Source of the DNA: Nitrospirota bacterium
Lineage (GTDB): Bacteria > Nitrospirota > JACRHJ01
DNA: 64,000 bases
Direction of reading: 5' to 3'
Assembly: GCA_963845245.1 (NCBI GenBank)
Contig: CAWJRJ010000021.1
Span: forward strand, 32,001-96,000
Position 1 is the first letter of the stretch. Each line of letters starts with the position of its first letter. The notes beneath the pieces are model-generated. The model did no database searches and was not told the DNA's origin. It saw only the letters and a list, made by a program, of their open reading frames with translations. Of this stretch, positions 10,809 through 22,100 are shown piece after piece. The translations under genes were made by a program, and so were the position numbers.

Positions 10809-12055
10809 ATGAGCGAGTTTATGGTTGAGCCTGATTTAAACTTTATCAAGGGCTTGACGGCCTCCGGGGCCGATAGCGTCAAGAAGTGCTACCAGTGCGC
10901 CACCTGCTCAGTCGTCTGCAACATTGCGCCGGAGGGCACGCCCTTCCCGCGCAAGGAGATGGTCTGGGCGCAGTGGGGCCTGAAGGACAAGCTTGCGGCG
11001 GACGCCGACGTCTGGCTGTGCCACAACTGCGGCGACTGCACGACCCACTGCCCGAGGGGCGCAAAGCCCGCCGAGGTGCTGGGCACACTCAGGAAGGCGA
11101 CCATCGAGAAGTACGCGATGATCAAGCCCCTGGCTGCCATGGGCAACAACTTCGTCGCGCAGATAATAGTGGCGGCCATCGTGATATGCGGGCCTGCTCG
11201 CGCTTTCCGGGCACCGAACATCTTCGCCAACTACCACGAGAGTCGGCGAAAGACGGGAAGTTGAACATAATATTCAACAACTTCATCCCGACACACAACG
11301 TGGATGCGTTGTTCACGCCGCTCTTCCTGCTGGGCGTGCTGACGGCCGGGTACGGCATATCGAAGTTCTGGAACGACATCTGCGACAACGCGGGCCTGGG
11401 CAGGCTCACAGGGCGCAACGCGCTCCCGAGCATCGTCCCGACGCTGGTGCAGATAATAAAGCATGACGTGTTCGCCAACTGCGGCGTGAACAAGGACAGG
11501 AAGACCCCGCACCTGCTCGCGCTTTTCAGCTTCATAGCGCTGTTCGCCACGACCAACTGGGCCGTCTTCTACCTGTACGTCCTGGGCTGGAAGCCGGGCT
11601 CATACTCGTCGCTTGCCAACCCGCTGAAGTGGCTCGGCAACATCGGCGCGGTAATGCTGATAGTCGGCGCCATCTGGCTGATCAAGAACCGCAAGGCCAA
11701 GGAAGACAAGCAGACGAGCTCCAGCTTCGACTGGAACCTCCTCTACCTCATCCTGCTCATCGGCATAACCGGCTTCGTGGCGGAGCTGTTCAGGCTCGCG
11801 GGCGCATACGCCCCGGCGCAGGTGACGTACGTGCTGCACCTCATCTTCATCGCGCAGCTCTTCATCTTCGCCCCGTACTCGAAGCTTGCGCACCTGTTCT
11901 ACAGGACGACCGCGATGGTGTTCGCAACACACACCGGGCGCAAACTCGTTACCGCTCCTTACGCGGCCCCGGCAGCACCTGCCGCTGAAGTCAGCCGAGA
12001 CGGAAGCAGCGTAAGCGTATCAGCAAAATTAGGGTTGATTAACCCTGAAAATTAA
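10809..12055 (+). CDS. qmoC: QmoC (HdrC-like FeS plus membrane heme b domain), frameshift near 11200 and possibly at the 3' end
   Basis: CYQCATCSVVC, FPRKEMVWAQWG and CHNCGDCTTHCPRGA, then hydrophobic helices with PYSKLAHLFYR in the next frame. Confidence 0.9.
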
Positions 12056-12064
12056 ATGATAATG

Positions 12065-12092
12065 AGGGAAGGCCAAACGGCCTTCCCTTTTT
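12065..12092 (+). terminator. Rho-independent terminator after qmoC
   Basis: agggaaggcc-aaac-ggccttccct followed by a T tract. Confidence 0.85.
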
Positions 12093-12135
12093 TGTTTGGC
12101 CCGGATATATTTAAAGTATAACCGTGAGACTTTCC

Positions 12136-12696
12136 ATGAAGCTGGACACAGTAATCTCAATAATCCTCCTTTCCGCTTTCATCCTCGCCGCATGTAGTTC
12201 CTCCGACAAGCAGGCCGACCTTATAAAGGCCGCAGGCAGGGGAGACGCGAAGGCCGTCGCCTCGATGCTCCAGGCTGGCGCTGACATAAACGCCAAGAGC
12301 AATACCGGTATGACGCCGCTGATGAGCGCCGCAACAAGCGGCAGGCTGGAGACGGTGCGGCTGTTGCTTGACAAGGGGGCCGACCCCAATGCAGCGGACA
12401 TGCAGGGCGTGACGGCCCTGATGCTTGCCGCAAGCGCGGGCCAGGCGGACGTTGTACGTGCGTTGATTGACAAGGGGGCGCAAGTGAACGCGAAGAACAA
12501 CTACGGCCTGACGGCCCTCCACAACGCTGCATACAGCGGCTCAAAGGATGTTGTGCTGGTCCTGCTGGAAAAGGGCGCGGATATCTACGCGGGGAACATC
12601 GAGGGCAGGAAGCCGGTGGACATCGCGAAGGACAGGGGCAACATGGAAGTCGTGAGGATTCTGCAAGACGCGGCAGGGAAGAGGACCATTAAATAA
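12136..12696 (+). CDS. Ankyrin-repeat lipoprotein
   Basis: Lipobox LAAC and 4-5 ankyrin repeats (GMTPLMSAA..G..ETVRLLLDKGADPN). Confidence 0.9.
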   Translation: MKLDTVISIILLSAFILAACSSSDKQADLIKAAGRGDAKAVASMLQAGADINAKSNTGMTPLMSAATSGRLETVRLLLDKGADPNAADMQGVTALMLAASAGQADVVRALIDKGAQVNAKNNYGLTALHNAAYSGSKDVVLVLLEKGADIYAGNIEGRKPVDIAKDRGNMEVVRILQDAAGKRTIK

Positions 12697-12726
12697 AAAA
12701 GGGAAGACCAAGCGGCCTTCCCTTTT
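12695..12726. terminator. Bidirectional terminator between convergent genes
   Basis: aaaaaagggaagacc-aagc-ggccttccctttt. Confidence 0.7.
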
Positions 12727-12749
12727 ACATAAATTTTGAAGCTGTCGAG

Positions 12750-12986
12750 CTACTTGCCTTTTACGTTCTGGTGCGCCTGGGCCATCTTCTGTATGATGGG
12801 CACCGCAAGCGTTGTTACTTCCTGCGGCACGTTCTCGCCTAGCACCCAGTAAAGCGCCGTAAGGTATGTCGCCTGACGGGCGACGACGAAGAACTCCTCC
12901 GGGGTAACATCCGGGTTGTTCGTAAAGTCCTTCAGTGCCTGCAGGCTGTTCTGAATCTTATCCCTGATCTCTGCTTCTGTCCTCAT
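12750..12986 (-). CDS. Small hypothetical protein (78 aa)
   Basis: ATG with AAGGAG RBS, typical codon usage, ends at the terminator. Confidence 0.7.
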   Translation of the reverse strand: MRTEAEIRDKIQNSLQALKDFTNNPDVTPEEFFVVARQATYLTALYWVLGENVPQEVTTLAVPIIQKMAQAHQNVKGK

Positions 12987-13081
12987 CTGTACTCTCCTTT
13001 ATAATATCAATGTAGTCTTTTATTTCTTGTGAATAAAAGCACGTCATTATAACAAAGGGAGCGCGCGTTATCAAGGGTTTA

Positions 13082-14533
13082 TCAGAGAAGGTCGATATTT
13101 CCCTCTACCTCGCCCATATCGAATACCGGGAGCTTCGGCGCGTCCTTGCCCAAAAGACCGTCGATCGTGGCCTGCGGAGCGCTACGGTACCTCACCTCCG
13201 CATGGTAAAACAGCGGCCCTGCGGCGTCTGCCGGGATGTCGAAGCTGTACTCGGCTATGTCGTATCCCTTGGGCCTGATGCGCCTGTCAGCGATGACCTG
13301 TGTAGCCTCCGGGAGGAAGGTTGTCGCATCGGGTTTGTCGCCGGACTTGCCGAGCACCGAGCGATAGACCACGGCTGCCGGGTCGATCTCGCCCTTGTCG
13401 TCCAGCGCGCCGGAGCGGTATACGAGCCTGCCCTTGCTGTCCCGGACTGTCACGTCAAGCCACATCTGCCGCACGTAGGTGAGCCCTGTCGGCAGATAAT
13501 GGCCTGCGCCCGAGTTTATAACCTTTATAGGCATGCGGTAGATACCGCCTTTGGCCGCCTTCTTCTCGCCCATGAACTCCACGGTGCATGCGTGACCGAG
13601 CCTGTCTTCAGCCATCTTCTCGTGTGGGTGGTAGCCCAGAAGCGCGGTTACGGCAAGGTTGCCTCCGACGAAGTTGTGTTGCCAGATATGCTTCCTCTGC
13701 TTGCCGCCCATCGCCTCTGGCGCGGCATAGCCAGGTATGTCAGGCCTTGGCGTGCTTCCGGTCGCCGGGTACTCCGGCGTCTGTCGCATGTGGCAGTCCT
13801 GGCATGTTACGGTTGTCGCCGGGTCCCCGGTATTGTACGGGCCGGTGCGCCACTCCGAGTAAGTATTCTCTATGGCCATTATGTTGTGCGCGTGGTTCAC
13901 GTCGTGGCACATCCCGCACAGCTCCGAACGGGTATGAAGCTCGGACTGTTCTGTGGCATGGAATGGTGATACCGCGTCCTTGAACGGGCCGTACTTCGTG
14001 CCGGGGTCTGAATTTGCGGCGTCGCCCGGCTTCTCGATAAACGCGCCGTTTCCAATTCCCGCCGACTGTGCTACCGAATGGCAGAAGTCGCAGGATACGC
14101 CCGTGGCTGCTACGCCCTCAAGCTTGTCCGTGTACCGGGCCTGGTCGTCCGCCAGGTAGCCCATGGGTGTATGGCAGCGGGAACACATTGCGACCTCGGA
14201 CTTCTCGTGGTCGTTTCCGGCTTCCTTTACGTATTTGAGATAGACGGCCTTGAACACCGGGTCGGTCCAGGCGTTAGCCATCATAGAGCCCTTCCACTGG
14301 TTGAATATGTCGGCGTGACATCCGGAACAGACATCGGGCGAGTAGAAGTTACCGGCCTTGTGCGAGCCGGGCATGTCGGGCACCGTCCAGACCATGTTCG
14401 AAGGCGCGGTCGCCTTCGGCAATACCCATATGGGAGAGGCCTTGGGGTGCTCCTTTGTCCATGCGGAGTAATCCGCCGCAAAGGCGTATACCGGTAATAG
14501 TAATATGGCGGCGACAGATAATAATATCTTCAT
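13082..14533 (-). CDS. Periplasmic pentaheme cytochrome c (c554/c552-like multiheme family) with C-terminal beta domain
   Basis: Signal peptide; five CxxCH motifs (CSGCH, CSRCH, CDFCH, CGMCH, CQDCH); GAGHYLPTG motif. Confidence 0.85.
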   Translation of the reverse strand: MKILLSVAAILLLPVYAFAADYSAWTKEHPKASPIWVLPKATAPSNMVWTVPDMPGSHKAGNFYSPDVCSGCHADIFNQWKGSMMANAWTDPVFKAVYLKYVKEAGNDHEKSEVAMCSRCHTPMGYLADDQARYTDKLEGVAATGVSCDFCHSVAQSAGIGNGAFIEKPGDAANSDPGTKYGPFKDAVSPFHATEQSELHTRSELCGMCHDVNHAHNIMAIENTYSEWRTGPYNTGDPATTVTCQDCHMRQTPEYPATGSTPRPDIPGYAAPEAMGGKQRKHIWQHNFVGGNLAVTALLGYHPHEKMAEDRLGHACTVEFMGEKKAAKGGIYRMPIKVINSGAGHYLPTGLTYVRQMWLDVTVRDSKGRLVYRSGALDDKGEIDPAAVVYRSVLGKSGDKPDATTFLPEATQVIADRRIRPKGYDIAEYSFDIPADAAGPLFYHAEVRYRSAPQATIDGLLGKDAPKLPVFDMGEVEGNIDLL

Positions 14534-14674
14534 ATAAGACCCTCCGGTAGTCATTGATGTTGCTTAAAAATATAGATGCCCGGTGGGCTGCTGTCAAGGC
14601 AACTTGATGAAATATAGGCATTTGCTGGTAGGTTTTGATAGAATTGAGTTAGGATAAGACCTGAAAGGAGTGCC

Positions 14675-15523
14675 ATGTCGTTAAGCCGCGCCATGCTCTA
14701 CCCAGTCGCCAGAAGGTTCTTTGCAGGGGTGAAGCTTGAGCCTGCGCTGGAGCGCATTAGGGAGGACAACGCCCTTGGGATCGGCGCCACGGTTGATTTC
14801 CTCGGGGAGGATGTTTCTAATGCGAGCGAGGCGGAAATGGCCAAGGCGGAATACAGGCGCGCCGTGGAGGCGATTGCGTTCGAGGCGCTGGACGCGTCTG
14901 TCGCCATCAAACTGACGCACATCGGCCTTGACATAAGCCGCATTTTGGCGGAAAATAACGCCTTGGAAATCGCCGCCGCCGCGATAGAGAGGGGCGTCTT
15001 CCTCTGGGTGGACATGGAAGGCTCGGAGCACACCGACAGCACTATTTCAATCTACAGGAAGTTGATGTCGAAGGGCGTCCCGGCCGGTATAGCGCTTCAG
15101 GCAAGCCTCAAGAGGACCTGGGACGACGTCAAAGCCCTCACGGCTGATGGGGCGAGGATAAGGCTTGTGAAGGGCGCATATAACGAGCCTCCCGAGATCG
15201 CCTTGCAGGATATGGAGGCGATAAGGGCGCGTTTTATCGACATTGCCCGTTACCTTCTTGACACCGGCTCGGCTTTTGCCATAGGCACGCACGACCTGTC
15301 GATAATAGACAATGTTCGGAAAATGACAGGCGGTGCGGACAGGGTCGAGTACCAGATGTTGATGGGCCTCAGAGACAGTACGAAGAAGAAGCTCGTCAAG
15401 GATGGGCTCCGGGTTGTGGAGTATGTACCGTACGGCGCCGACTGGTACGGCTACGGTATAAGGCGTCTGACCGAGAAGAAAAGGAATACGCTCTACTTTA
15501 TCCAGGGATTCATGGGAAGGTAA
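14675..15523 (+). CDS. Monofunctional proline dehydrogenase
   Basis: DFLGE, IKLTHIG, WVDME, RIRLVKGAY, IGTHD, EYQMLMG and YVPYG..WYGY..RRL motifs. Confidence 0.9.
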   Translation: MSLSRAMLYPVARRFFAGVKLEPALERIREDNALGIGATVDFLGEDVSNASEAEMAKAEYRRAVEAIAFEALDASVAIKLTHIGLDISRILAENNALEIAAAAIERGVFLWVDMEGSEHTDSTISIYRKLMSKGVPAGIALQASLKRTWDDVKALTADGARIRLVKGAYNEPPEIALQDMEAIRARFIDIARYLLDTGSAFAIGTHDLSIIDNVRKMTGGADRVEYQMLMGLRDSTKKKLVKDGLRVVEYVPYGADWYGYGIRRLTEKKRNTLYFIQGFMGR

Positions 15524-15525
15524 CA

Positions 15526-15792
15526 ATGGCTGAATTATACAGTGTAAGTCTGCTTCTAATAAAGGTATGCGGTCCTTTTGCGGTCCTCTGTCTCATGCTG
15601 ATGTTCTCATTTCTGGTTTATACCACAAAAAAGGTCCCCAAGCCCGGTCAGGTGATATACCTCTATGCCAGGTATCACCTTGAGAGAAAGAAGCACGCGG
15701 GTATATTGACCTACCTTTTCGTCGGATGCTCGATATTCTTCATTCTCTCCTTGATGGGCCTAATAATCGGGCTGCTTTTCCACGCCGCTTAA
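15526..15792 (+). CDS. Small two-helix membrane protein
   Basis: Two hydrophobic segments; starts 2 nt after the previous stop. Confidence 0.6.
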   Translation: MAELYSVSLLLIKVCGPFAVLCLMLMFSFLVYTTKKVPKPGQVIYLYARYHLERKKHAGILTYLFVGCSIFFILSLMGLIIGLLFHAA

Positions 15793-15815
15793 AGAGTACT
15801 CCCCCCAAATAAAAC

Positions 15816-15844
15816 TTGAAAAGACCCTGCCATTAGGATAAAAT
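15816..15844 (+). promoter_or_regulatory. Sigma-70 promoter for the TPR gene cluster
   Basis: TTGAAA-17 nt-TAAAAT. Confidence 0.55.
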
Positions 15845-15880
15845 ACTTAGGGCTGTAATGCCCTAATTTTAAAACGGAAT

Positions 15881-18800
15881 TTGGCAGAAAACCAGATGTC
15901 GCAAAACACAAGGGAAGATGCGCCTGCTGGCAGGAAGGCCCTTGAGCTTGATGGACTGACCCCTGAAGCCCTCTATCGTGAGGGTTCGCAGTACTTCAAG
16001 GCAAGGGACTACGACTCCGCCCGCGACTGCTTAGAGCTATACGCTATACAAAGGCCGGATGATGCCGCAGGGCAGCACTTTCTGGCGAGGGTATGCTACC
16101 ACCAGAACAAGGACTTCGGCCACGCTGAGGAATGCATCAAGCGGGCGATAGAGCTCGACCCGGCCTCCGAGACGCGCTACCTTGAAACCCTGGGCACCAT
16201 ATATGTACATCTAGAAGATTATGCGCGGGCGGAAGAGGTATTCGCCTATGCGCTCTCGGCCGATAGGAAAGATAACCCCAAGCACACCTACTCCCTTGAG
16301 TTCTACTTAAACCTGGTACGGAAGAAACACAAAGGCACAAAACCGCAGCGTAAGACTGAGGTGCCGGTATTCATAAAGACCGGCGTGGACAGGTGGCATG
16401 AGAGAAACCGCCAGCCGTTGTTTCTTATCCCGTCCATTGTAGTACACCTCCTGGCACTTCTGTTCGTCTGGTTTATCTCTTCTCACGACTTCAACATCAA
16501 GGAGACAAAGGAAGACTTTACCTATGTGGATGTTGAAAAGCCTGCCGAGCCCGAGCCTCGCGAGCAGGTTGCTGCCAGTGAACAGGAAGAACCTGGACAG
16601 ACAGCCAATGAGACCTCACCTGAAGAGCAGGCCAAACCCGCACCCGCCGTCCCAAGGAAGGATGTCCAGGCAGCGGACTTGAGCAAGGAGCCAAGCAAGG
16701 CGGCCACCGCAAGCCCCTCCGCGAAGGCGCAGGCCGAGTCAGGCCGGAAGCAGATGGTCGGTCAGAAGTCCATGGCAGGTGTAAAGTCCGGCGGACCTGC
16801 CGACAGCGCTTCCATTAAAGGTATAACTTCAGAAAAAACGGTCGACCTCAAGAGCCGGGCCGTAACCGCATATCAAGCCGACGTCGATTTTGCGAAAAAG
16901 GGTATGGGCGAGGCCTCGCAGTCCAAAGGCAAGGCGGGGGCCAAAGAGGCCGTGGCCGGGCGCAGTTCCGAGCGACAGGCTGCAGCTCCCGCGGGCGGTG
17001 GGGAGGGCATATTCCTTGGTGACAGGGGCCAGTCGGACGGTTCGAAATGGTCCAAGGAGAAAACTGGTGCCCTTAAGGCTGGAAGTCCTGATTCGGCTGA
17101 ACCCGGTGTCGCAATGAAGTCAACTGAGAAGAGCCTTGCCGTCGGCAAGGCGGGAAAAAGGCTTATGGCTTCAAAGGATGAACCGGGCAGTTTCAAGCCA
17201 ATGCCGCTGGGCATGGAAGGGCTGGGACATAAGTCTGATACAAGGTCTGGAGGCCAGGGGACTGTGGGTGGCATAGAGAAAGGCGCATCATCTGCAACGG
17301 CGCGCGGTGGCCAGGGCCTTAATGTCGGCCGTGAGCGTACGGACAGCGTTTCGCCTTCCGGCAAGGTGAAGGGTATCCTGGGCGTCCCAGTCGCTTCTCA
17401 ACAGGAAGCGGGTCCGGGATCGCTAGGCAGCGAGAGGAAGCCGGACCTCGGCTCAAAGGCGGGCATAAGAAAATTTGTTTCCGCAGAACCCATTCCTGGA
17501 AAGAAGGGGCTGAATTTAGCCGGCCAGACCGGCCAGGGCGGCGCACAGGGCCGTCAGGGTAGAGGACGCGAGGGCGCACCCGCAGATGTGGAACGGGGAC
17601 AGTCCGCTGCGCCGCAGGGTGCCGCTGGGATGCAGAACGCCAGACCTGGATCCGAAGGTGGCAGGACAGGGGCGGTTGGCGGCAAGTCCGCTGCTGCGCG
17701 CTCAATGGCCTCTGGCGGACAAGATACCGGCGGAGAAGGCTTCTTTGAATCGGCCGCCAAGAAGATGACTGCCGCTCTGGGATTTGGCGGCAGAGGCACG
17801 AAACCTGGAGGAGCCCCATCGGAGGCAGACCTCAGAAGGCCGAGGAGTCTCTCCGGCATCGGAGGCAGAACTGGCCCGGGCTCAGCCTCGGGCACTGGCG
17901 GTGCAAGTTCCGGCAGGGGCCAGGGGCTTAGGATCGGCGGCGGTGAAAAGGCCGGGGCTGGGCTGGCTGCTCCATCCGTGGCAGGCGGCACCGGGCAGCA
18001 GAGCGCAGGCTCGTCCGTTTACGGCTCAAAGAAGATGTCCGAGGACTCGCTTTGGGAGCCGGGCGGCGGGCAGGATCGCCTCAAGTCCGCCGGAAGAGGC
18101 GAGGCGCGGCCGGGCGGAACTGAAAAACAATCTGGAGTATCAAGGTCCGGCAGGACAGTTGCCAAAAACACGCTGGGCCCCTCAGTCACTATTACGTCGC
18201 CGAGGCCGGGCAGGACTAACAGGCTCTCCCAGGTGATAACCGGTACGGTCTCGGACTCCCGTGCCAGGAAGGCCACAATAACCGTAAACAACGAAGCAAA
18301 GGTCATATCGGTAGAGAGAGGTTCATTTGAAGCGGTCGTTGCCCTTTCGAAAGGGAGGAATACCGTTACCGTCATGGCTTTCGATATGGAAGGGAACGTT
18401 GGGAAGGATAGCATAACGCTTGACTATTCCGAGTCGTCCGAAGGCCCGCCAGTCAATATAATATCGCCCAGGGACGGACAGGTTTTCGATGTCAGCGAAC
18501 GGAGCGTGGTGAACGTAAAAGGCACGGTGTGCGACCAGGAGATCAAGAAGGCGAAACTTATATTCAACGGCAATCCCATGGATATAACGGTGAACAGGGG
18601 CTTCTTCGACCAGAAGGTGGCCCTGGTGGAGGAGCAGAATACCGTGTTGGTGGAGGCCGTCTCCGCTAACGGCGTGGTTTCAAGGAGCAAACAGATAAGC
18701 ATAGGCACAGTGAATGTGAAGCCCAAGGACATTATGCTGATCCTGACCTGGGACAAACCTCATGCGGACCTTGACCTGCACCTCTACGGACCACTGGGTG

Positions 18801-19135
18801 GACATATCTCATATAAAACGCCAAACATCTATGAATCGAAAGAGGCTATTGCCGGAGCCCAGCTTGAGCAGGATGCCAAAGGGAACTATGGCCCGGAAGT
18901 TATTACTCAGGACAGGGCGGACAAGGGTGTTTATACCGTGAAATCAAACTACTTTTACAGCGGTGGCGACGGAAACGCGAATGCGACCGTCACTGTGGTA
19001 TTGTACGGCGACAACCCATCCCGGAGGATAGTGAGGGTGTTCGGCCCGCACCTTCAGGTGGACACGAAGAGCGGAGAAGATATCTGGGATGTGACGAAGT
19101 TCAAGATGCCGGAAGGAATTTTCCTGGAGGAATAG
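15881..19135 (+). CDS. Large bitopic protein: N-terminal TPRs, TM helix with SxxxH, long Gly/Ser/Ala/Lys-rich linker, two Ig-like domains, C-terminal YfaP/DUF2135-like domain
   Basis: TPR helices at about aa 25-145, PSIVVHLLALLFVWF, VTITSP...ITGTV Ig-like repeats and LTWDKPHADLDLH...GNYGPEVI. Confidence 0.75.
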   Translation: MAENQMSQNTREDAPAGRKALELDGLTPEALYREGSQYFKARDYDSARDCLELYAIQRPDDAAGQHFLARVCYHQNKDFGHAEECIKRAIELDPASETRYLETLGTIYVHLEDYARAEEVFAYALSADRKDNPKHTYSLEFYLNLVRKKHKGTKPQRKTEVPVFIKTGVDRWHERNRQPLFLIPSIVVHLLALLFVWFISSHDFNIKETKEDFTYVDVEKPAEPEPREQVAASEQEEPGQTANETSPEEQAKPAPAVPRKDVQAADLSKEPSKAATASPSAKAQAESGRKQMVGQKSMAGVKSGGPADSASIKGITSEKTVDLKSRAVTAYQADVDFAKKGMGEASQSKGKAGAKEAVAGRSSERQAAAPAGGGEGIFLGDRGQSDGSKWSKEKTGALKAGSPDSAEPGVAMKSTEKSLAVGKAGKRLMASKDEPGSFKPMPLGMEGLGHKSDTRSGGQGTVGGIEKGASSATARGGQGLNVGRERTDSVSPSGKVKGILGVPVASQQEAGPGSLGSERKPDLGSKAGIRKFVSAEPIPGKKGLNLAGQTGQGGAQGRQGRGREGAPADVERGQSAAPQGAAGMQNARPGSEGGRTGAVGGKSAAARSMASGGQDTGGEGFFESAAKKMTAALGFGGRGTKPGGAPSEADLRRPRSLSGIGGRTGPGSASGTGGASSGRGQGLRIGGGEKAGAGLAAPSVAGGTGQQSAGSSVYGSKKMSEDSLWEPGGGQDRLKSAGRGEARPGGTEKQSGVSRSGRTVAKNTLGPSVTITSPRPGRTNRLSQVITGTVSDSRARKATITVNNEAKVISVERGSFEAVVALSKGRNTVTVMAFDMEGNVGKDSITLDYSESSEGPPVNIISPRDGQVFDVSERSVVNVKGTVCDQEIKKAKLIFNGNPMDITVNRGFFDQKVALVEEQNTVLVEAVSANGVVSRSKQISIGTVNVKPKDIMLILTWDKPHADLDLHLYGPLGGHISYKTPNIYESKEAIAGAQLEQDAKGNYGPEVITQDRADKGVYTVKSNYFYSGGDGNANATVTVVLYGDNPSRRIVRVFGPHLQVDTKSGEDIWDVTKFKMPEGIFLEE

Positions 19136-19138
19136 GTT

Positions 19139-22100
19139 ATGAACAAGAGAGTTGTGATTTTGCTGGTGTTTGCTGCTACACTTTTATTTTTGCCCTGCAA
19201 ATCCAGGGCCGAGACACCTGATGAGATATTAAAGGTGGCAGTCCAGTTGTACCAGAACGCCGACTATGACCTGGCGGCAGACCAGTTCTCCAAATTCCTG
19301 GATATGTTCCCGACGGACGGGCGCGTGCCGGACGCACTGTATGGGCTGGGAGAGTCGGACTTCGCCAAGGGGTCTGTCAAGGAGGCGTTGGCCGCCTTCG
19401 AAAAGCTTGCCGCAGGATATCCTGGATCAGACAAACTTTCGGACGCGAAGCTCAGGGTCGGCGACTGCCAGTACCTGCTCAGAGACTATGTCAAGGCGGT
19501 GGAGGCATACCAGTCCTTTCTGGCAGCATACCCCGACAAGGACACAAGGGCAGACGCGCTCTTCATGATGGGCCACAGCTATGTAAAGCTCGGCAACTTC
19601 GAGAAAGCGGCGGCCGCGTTCTCCGAAGTGGAGAATAAGTACCCGGCGAGCCCTAAGGCAGTCGAAGCGGCATTCATGGCCGGTGAATCGTATGCGCAGC
19701 TGGGAGACTTCACGAAGGCGCGCGCGGCATACCAGTCCGTAGTGTCGAAGGAGCCGGGCGGCAAGTATGGCCAGAAGGCCGCGTTCAGGATTGCTGACAC
19801 AGCCTTCCTCGGCGGCAAGTATGAGGAGGCAAAGGCTGGACTCGATGGATTTCTCCAGAAATATCCGGACTCCGAGGACGCCCCTCTTGCCAGGATGGAG
19901 TTGGGCGACGCCTGGCTCAAGACCCGCGGTTTCGAAAACGCACTTATACACTATGACACGTTCATTAACAAATATCCAACAAGCGACCTTTTGCCGGAGG
20001 TGGAGTTCAGGGTTGCAGAAACGCTGTACCAGAAGCAGGAGTATGCGAAGGCCTCGGAAAAGTATCTTGGCCTGCTTTCGAAGTATCCTGATGCCGATGG
20101 GCGCGACAGGTATATGTATGGGCTGGGCTGGTCCAGTTTCAAGCTGGGCGACATGAAGTCATCGGCAGAGCAGTTCAGCCGCCTGGTCGAGACCTACCCG
20201 GAATCGACATATGTCGTCGGTTCTTTACTTAAGCTTGGTGAGATATATACACGCGACAAGAAATATACTGAGGCTGCAGACGCGTTCAAAAAGGTATTGG
20301 AAAAAACAAAGGACTCCGGCGAGCAAAAGACGGCCAGGTATGGTCTTGCCTGGGCTTATTACCAGGCGCATATGTTCAAGGAGGCCCAGGTACCGCTTGA
20401 AGAGTTCCTCGCCGCTTCGCCGACCGAGAGCGAGGCTCTTGATGCGAAGTACCTGTTGTCGCGCTGCAGGCTCTACCTCGGCGACTTCCTGCCTGCCATA
20501 TCGGGGTTCACAGAGATTGCTGACAAGTACAAGGAATCCCCGCTGGCCCAGGATGCGCTCATGGGACTTGGCGAGTCTTACGAGCGCCACGACGAGCTGT
20601 ACAAGGCGATAAGCGCATATCGCAGGCTTTTGAAGGACTACCCGGATTCGCCAAAGAAGGCCGAGGCCCTCTTCAATATCGGCCGGAACTATCTGGAACA
20701 TGAAAACTACGCCCAGGCCCTTGAGGGTTTCGACGGCCTGCTAACGCAGGTAAAAGAATCGGAATTCCACGAGCGAGCATACTTCGGGATCGCTGAGGCG
20801 TATTACGGTTCGAAGGACTACGCAAAGGCAAGGGACAATTACCTGGAATACATAAAGAGGTACCCGCAAGGCTCGCTAAGGGAGCAGGCGTTGTACGGGC
20901 TGGCCTGGTCTCAGATGAGCCTGAAGGAGTACAAGGACTCCTACGACAATTTCGGTAAACTGGCTGCGGATTTCAAGGACAGCCAGCTAGTCCCTGAGGC
21001 CGTACTCGAGATGGGGGAGGCACTTTATTCGCAGGAGAAGTACGAGGATGCGGCGAAGGCTTATACGGACGTGATAAACAGGTTCAAGGGTACCGAGCCG
21101 GCACGCAAGGCGGTTTACGTCCTCGCCTGGGCCAACCTCAAGCTCGGCAGGCTGGAAGATGCCTCGGGCGGGTTCAAGGCCTTCTCCGAAGGGAGTCCCA
21201 AGGACCCGCTTGCCGCCGAAGCCGATTATCAAAGGGCCCTTATACTGGTGCAGAAAAACGACCTGGACGGCGGCGCGGTTTTACTGCGCGCCGTTATTGA
21301 GAAACATGGATCAGAAGACGTCGGGACCCGTGCAAAGCTGCAGCTTTCAAAAGTCCTCACCGCCAAAGGCGATTCGGCCGGCGCGCAGGCGCTCATCGAC
21401 GACCTGAAGAAGGGCCAGTCAAGCCTGGCGCAGGATGCGGACTTTCAGGGGGGGCTGGTCAAATTCAACGGAGGCGATTTCAGCGGGTCTAAAAAGGCAT
21501 TCCAGGAATTCATGACGGCATACCCGAAGAGTTCTTATAACAACAGGGCAACCTATTTCCTCGCGCTCAGCCAGCTTAACCTGAAGGATTACGGCCCGGG
21601 TTCAGAGAACCTGGCAAAAGTAGCCGAAGGCCCTGACCAGGAGCTGAGGCCGGATGCTGTATACTGGCTTGCAGACTCACTCTACAACCAAGGTAGGTTT
21701 GCGGACGCATTAAACAACTATGACATGTTCATCTCGCAGTACCCGGATAACAAGTTGATGCCGGAGGCTGAGTACGGGCGGGCATGGGCGCTTGACAAAC
21801 TCGGCCGTACGGACGAAGCCAAGACCGCATTCAAGGCGCTTACCATCAAATACCCGGACGGACCCCATGCAGCGGACGCATGGTACAAGGTGGGAGAATA
21901 CGCATTCAAGGGCAAGGCATACGAAGAGGTTGTCACCGCCTTCGACAAGTACCTTTCCCTGAAGAAGACCGGCGCACTTGTAGCCGATGCGAGGTACCAG
22001 ATGGCCGTGGCCCAGGAGGAGCTTGGCAGGAGTGAAGACGCAGTCTTATCATATAAGGCGGTCGAGACGGCAGGCGGACCGTTGAAGGGTCCTTCGGCCA

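Noticed and set aside
7261..12055. qmo and other split genes as true pseudogenes or programmed frameshifts
   Set aside because: There are no slippery-site signals, and the same defect occurs in essential genes across the window.
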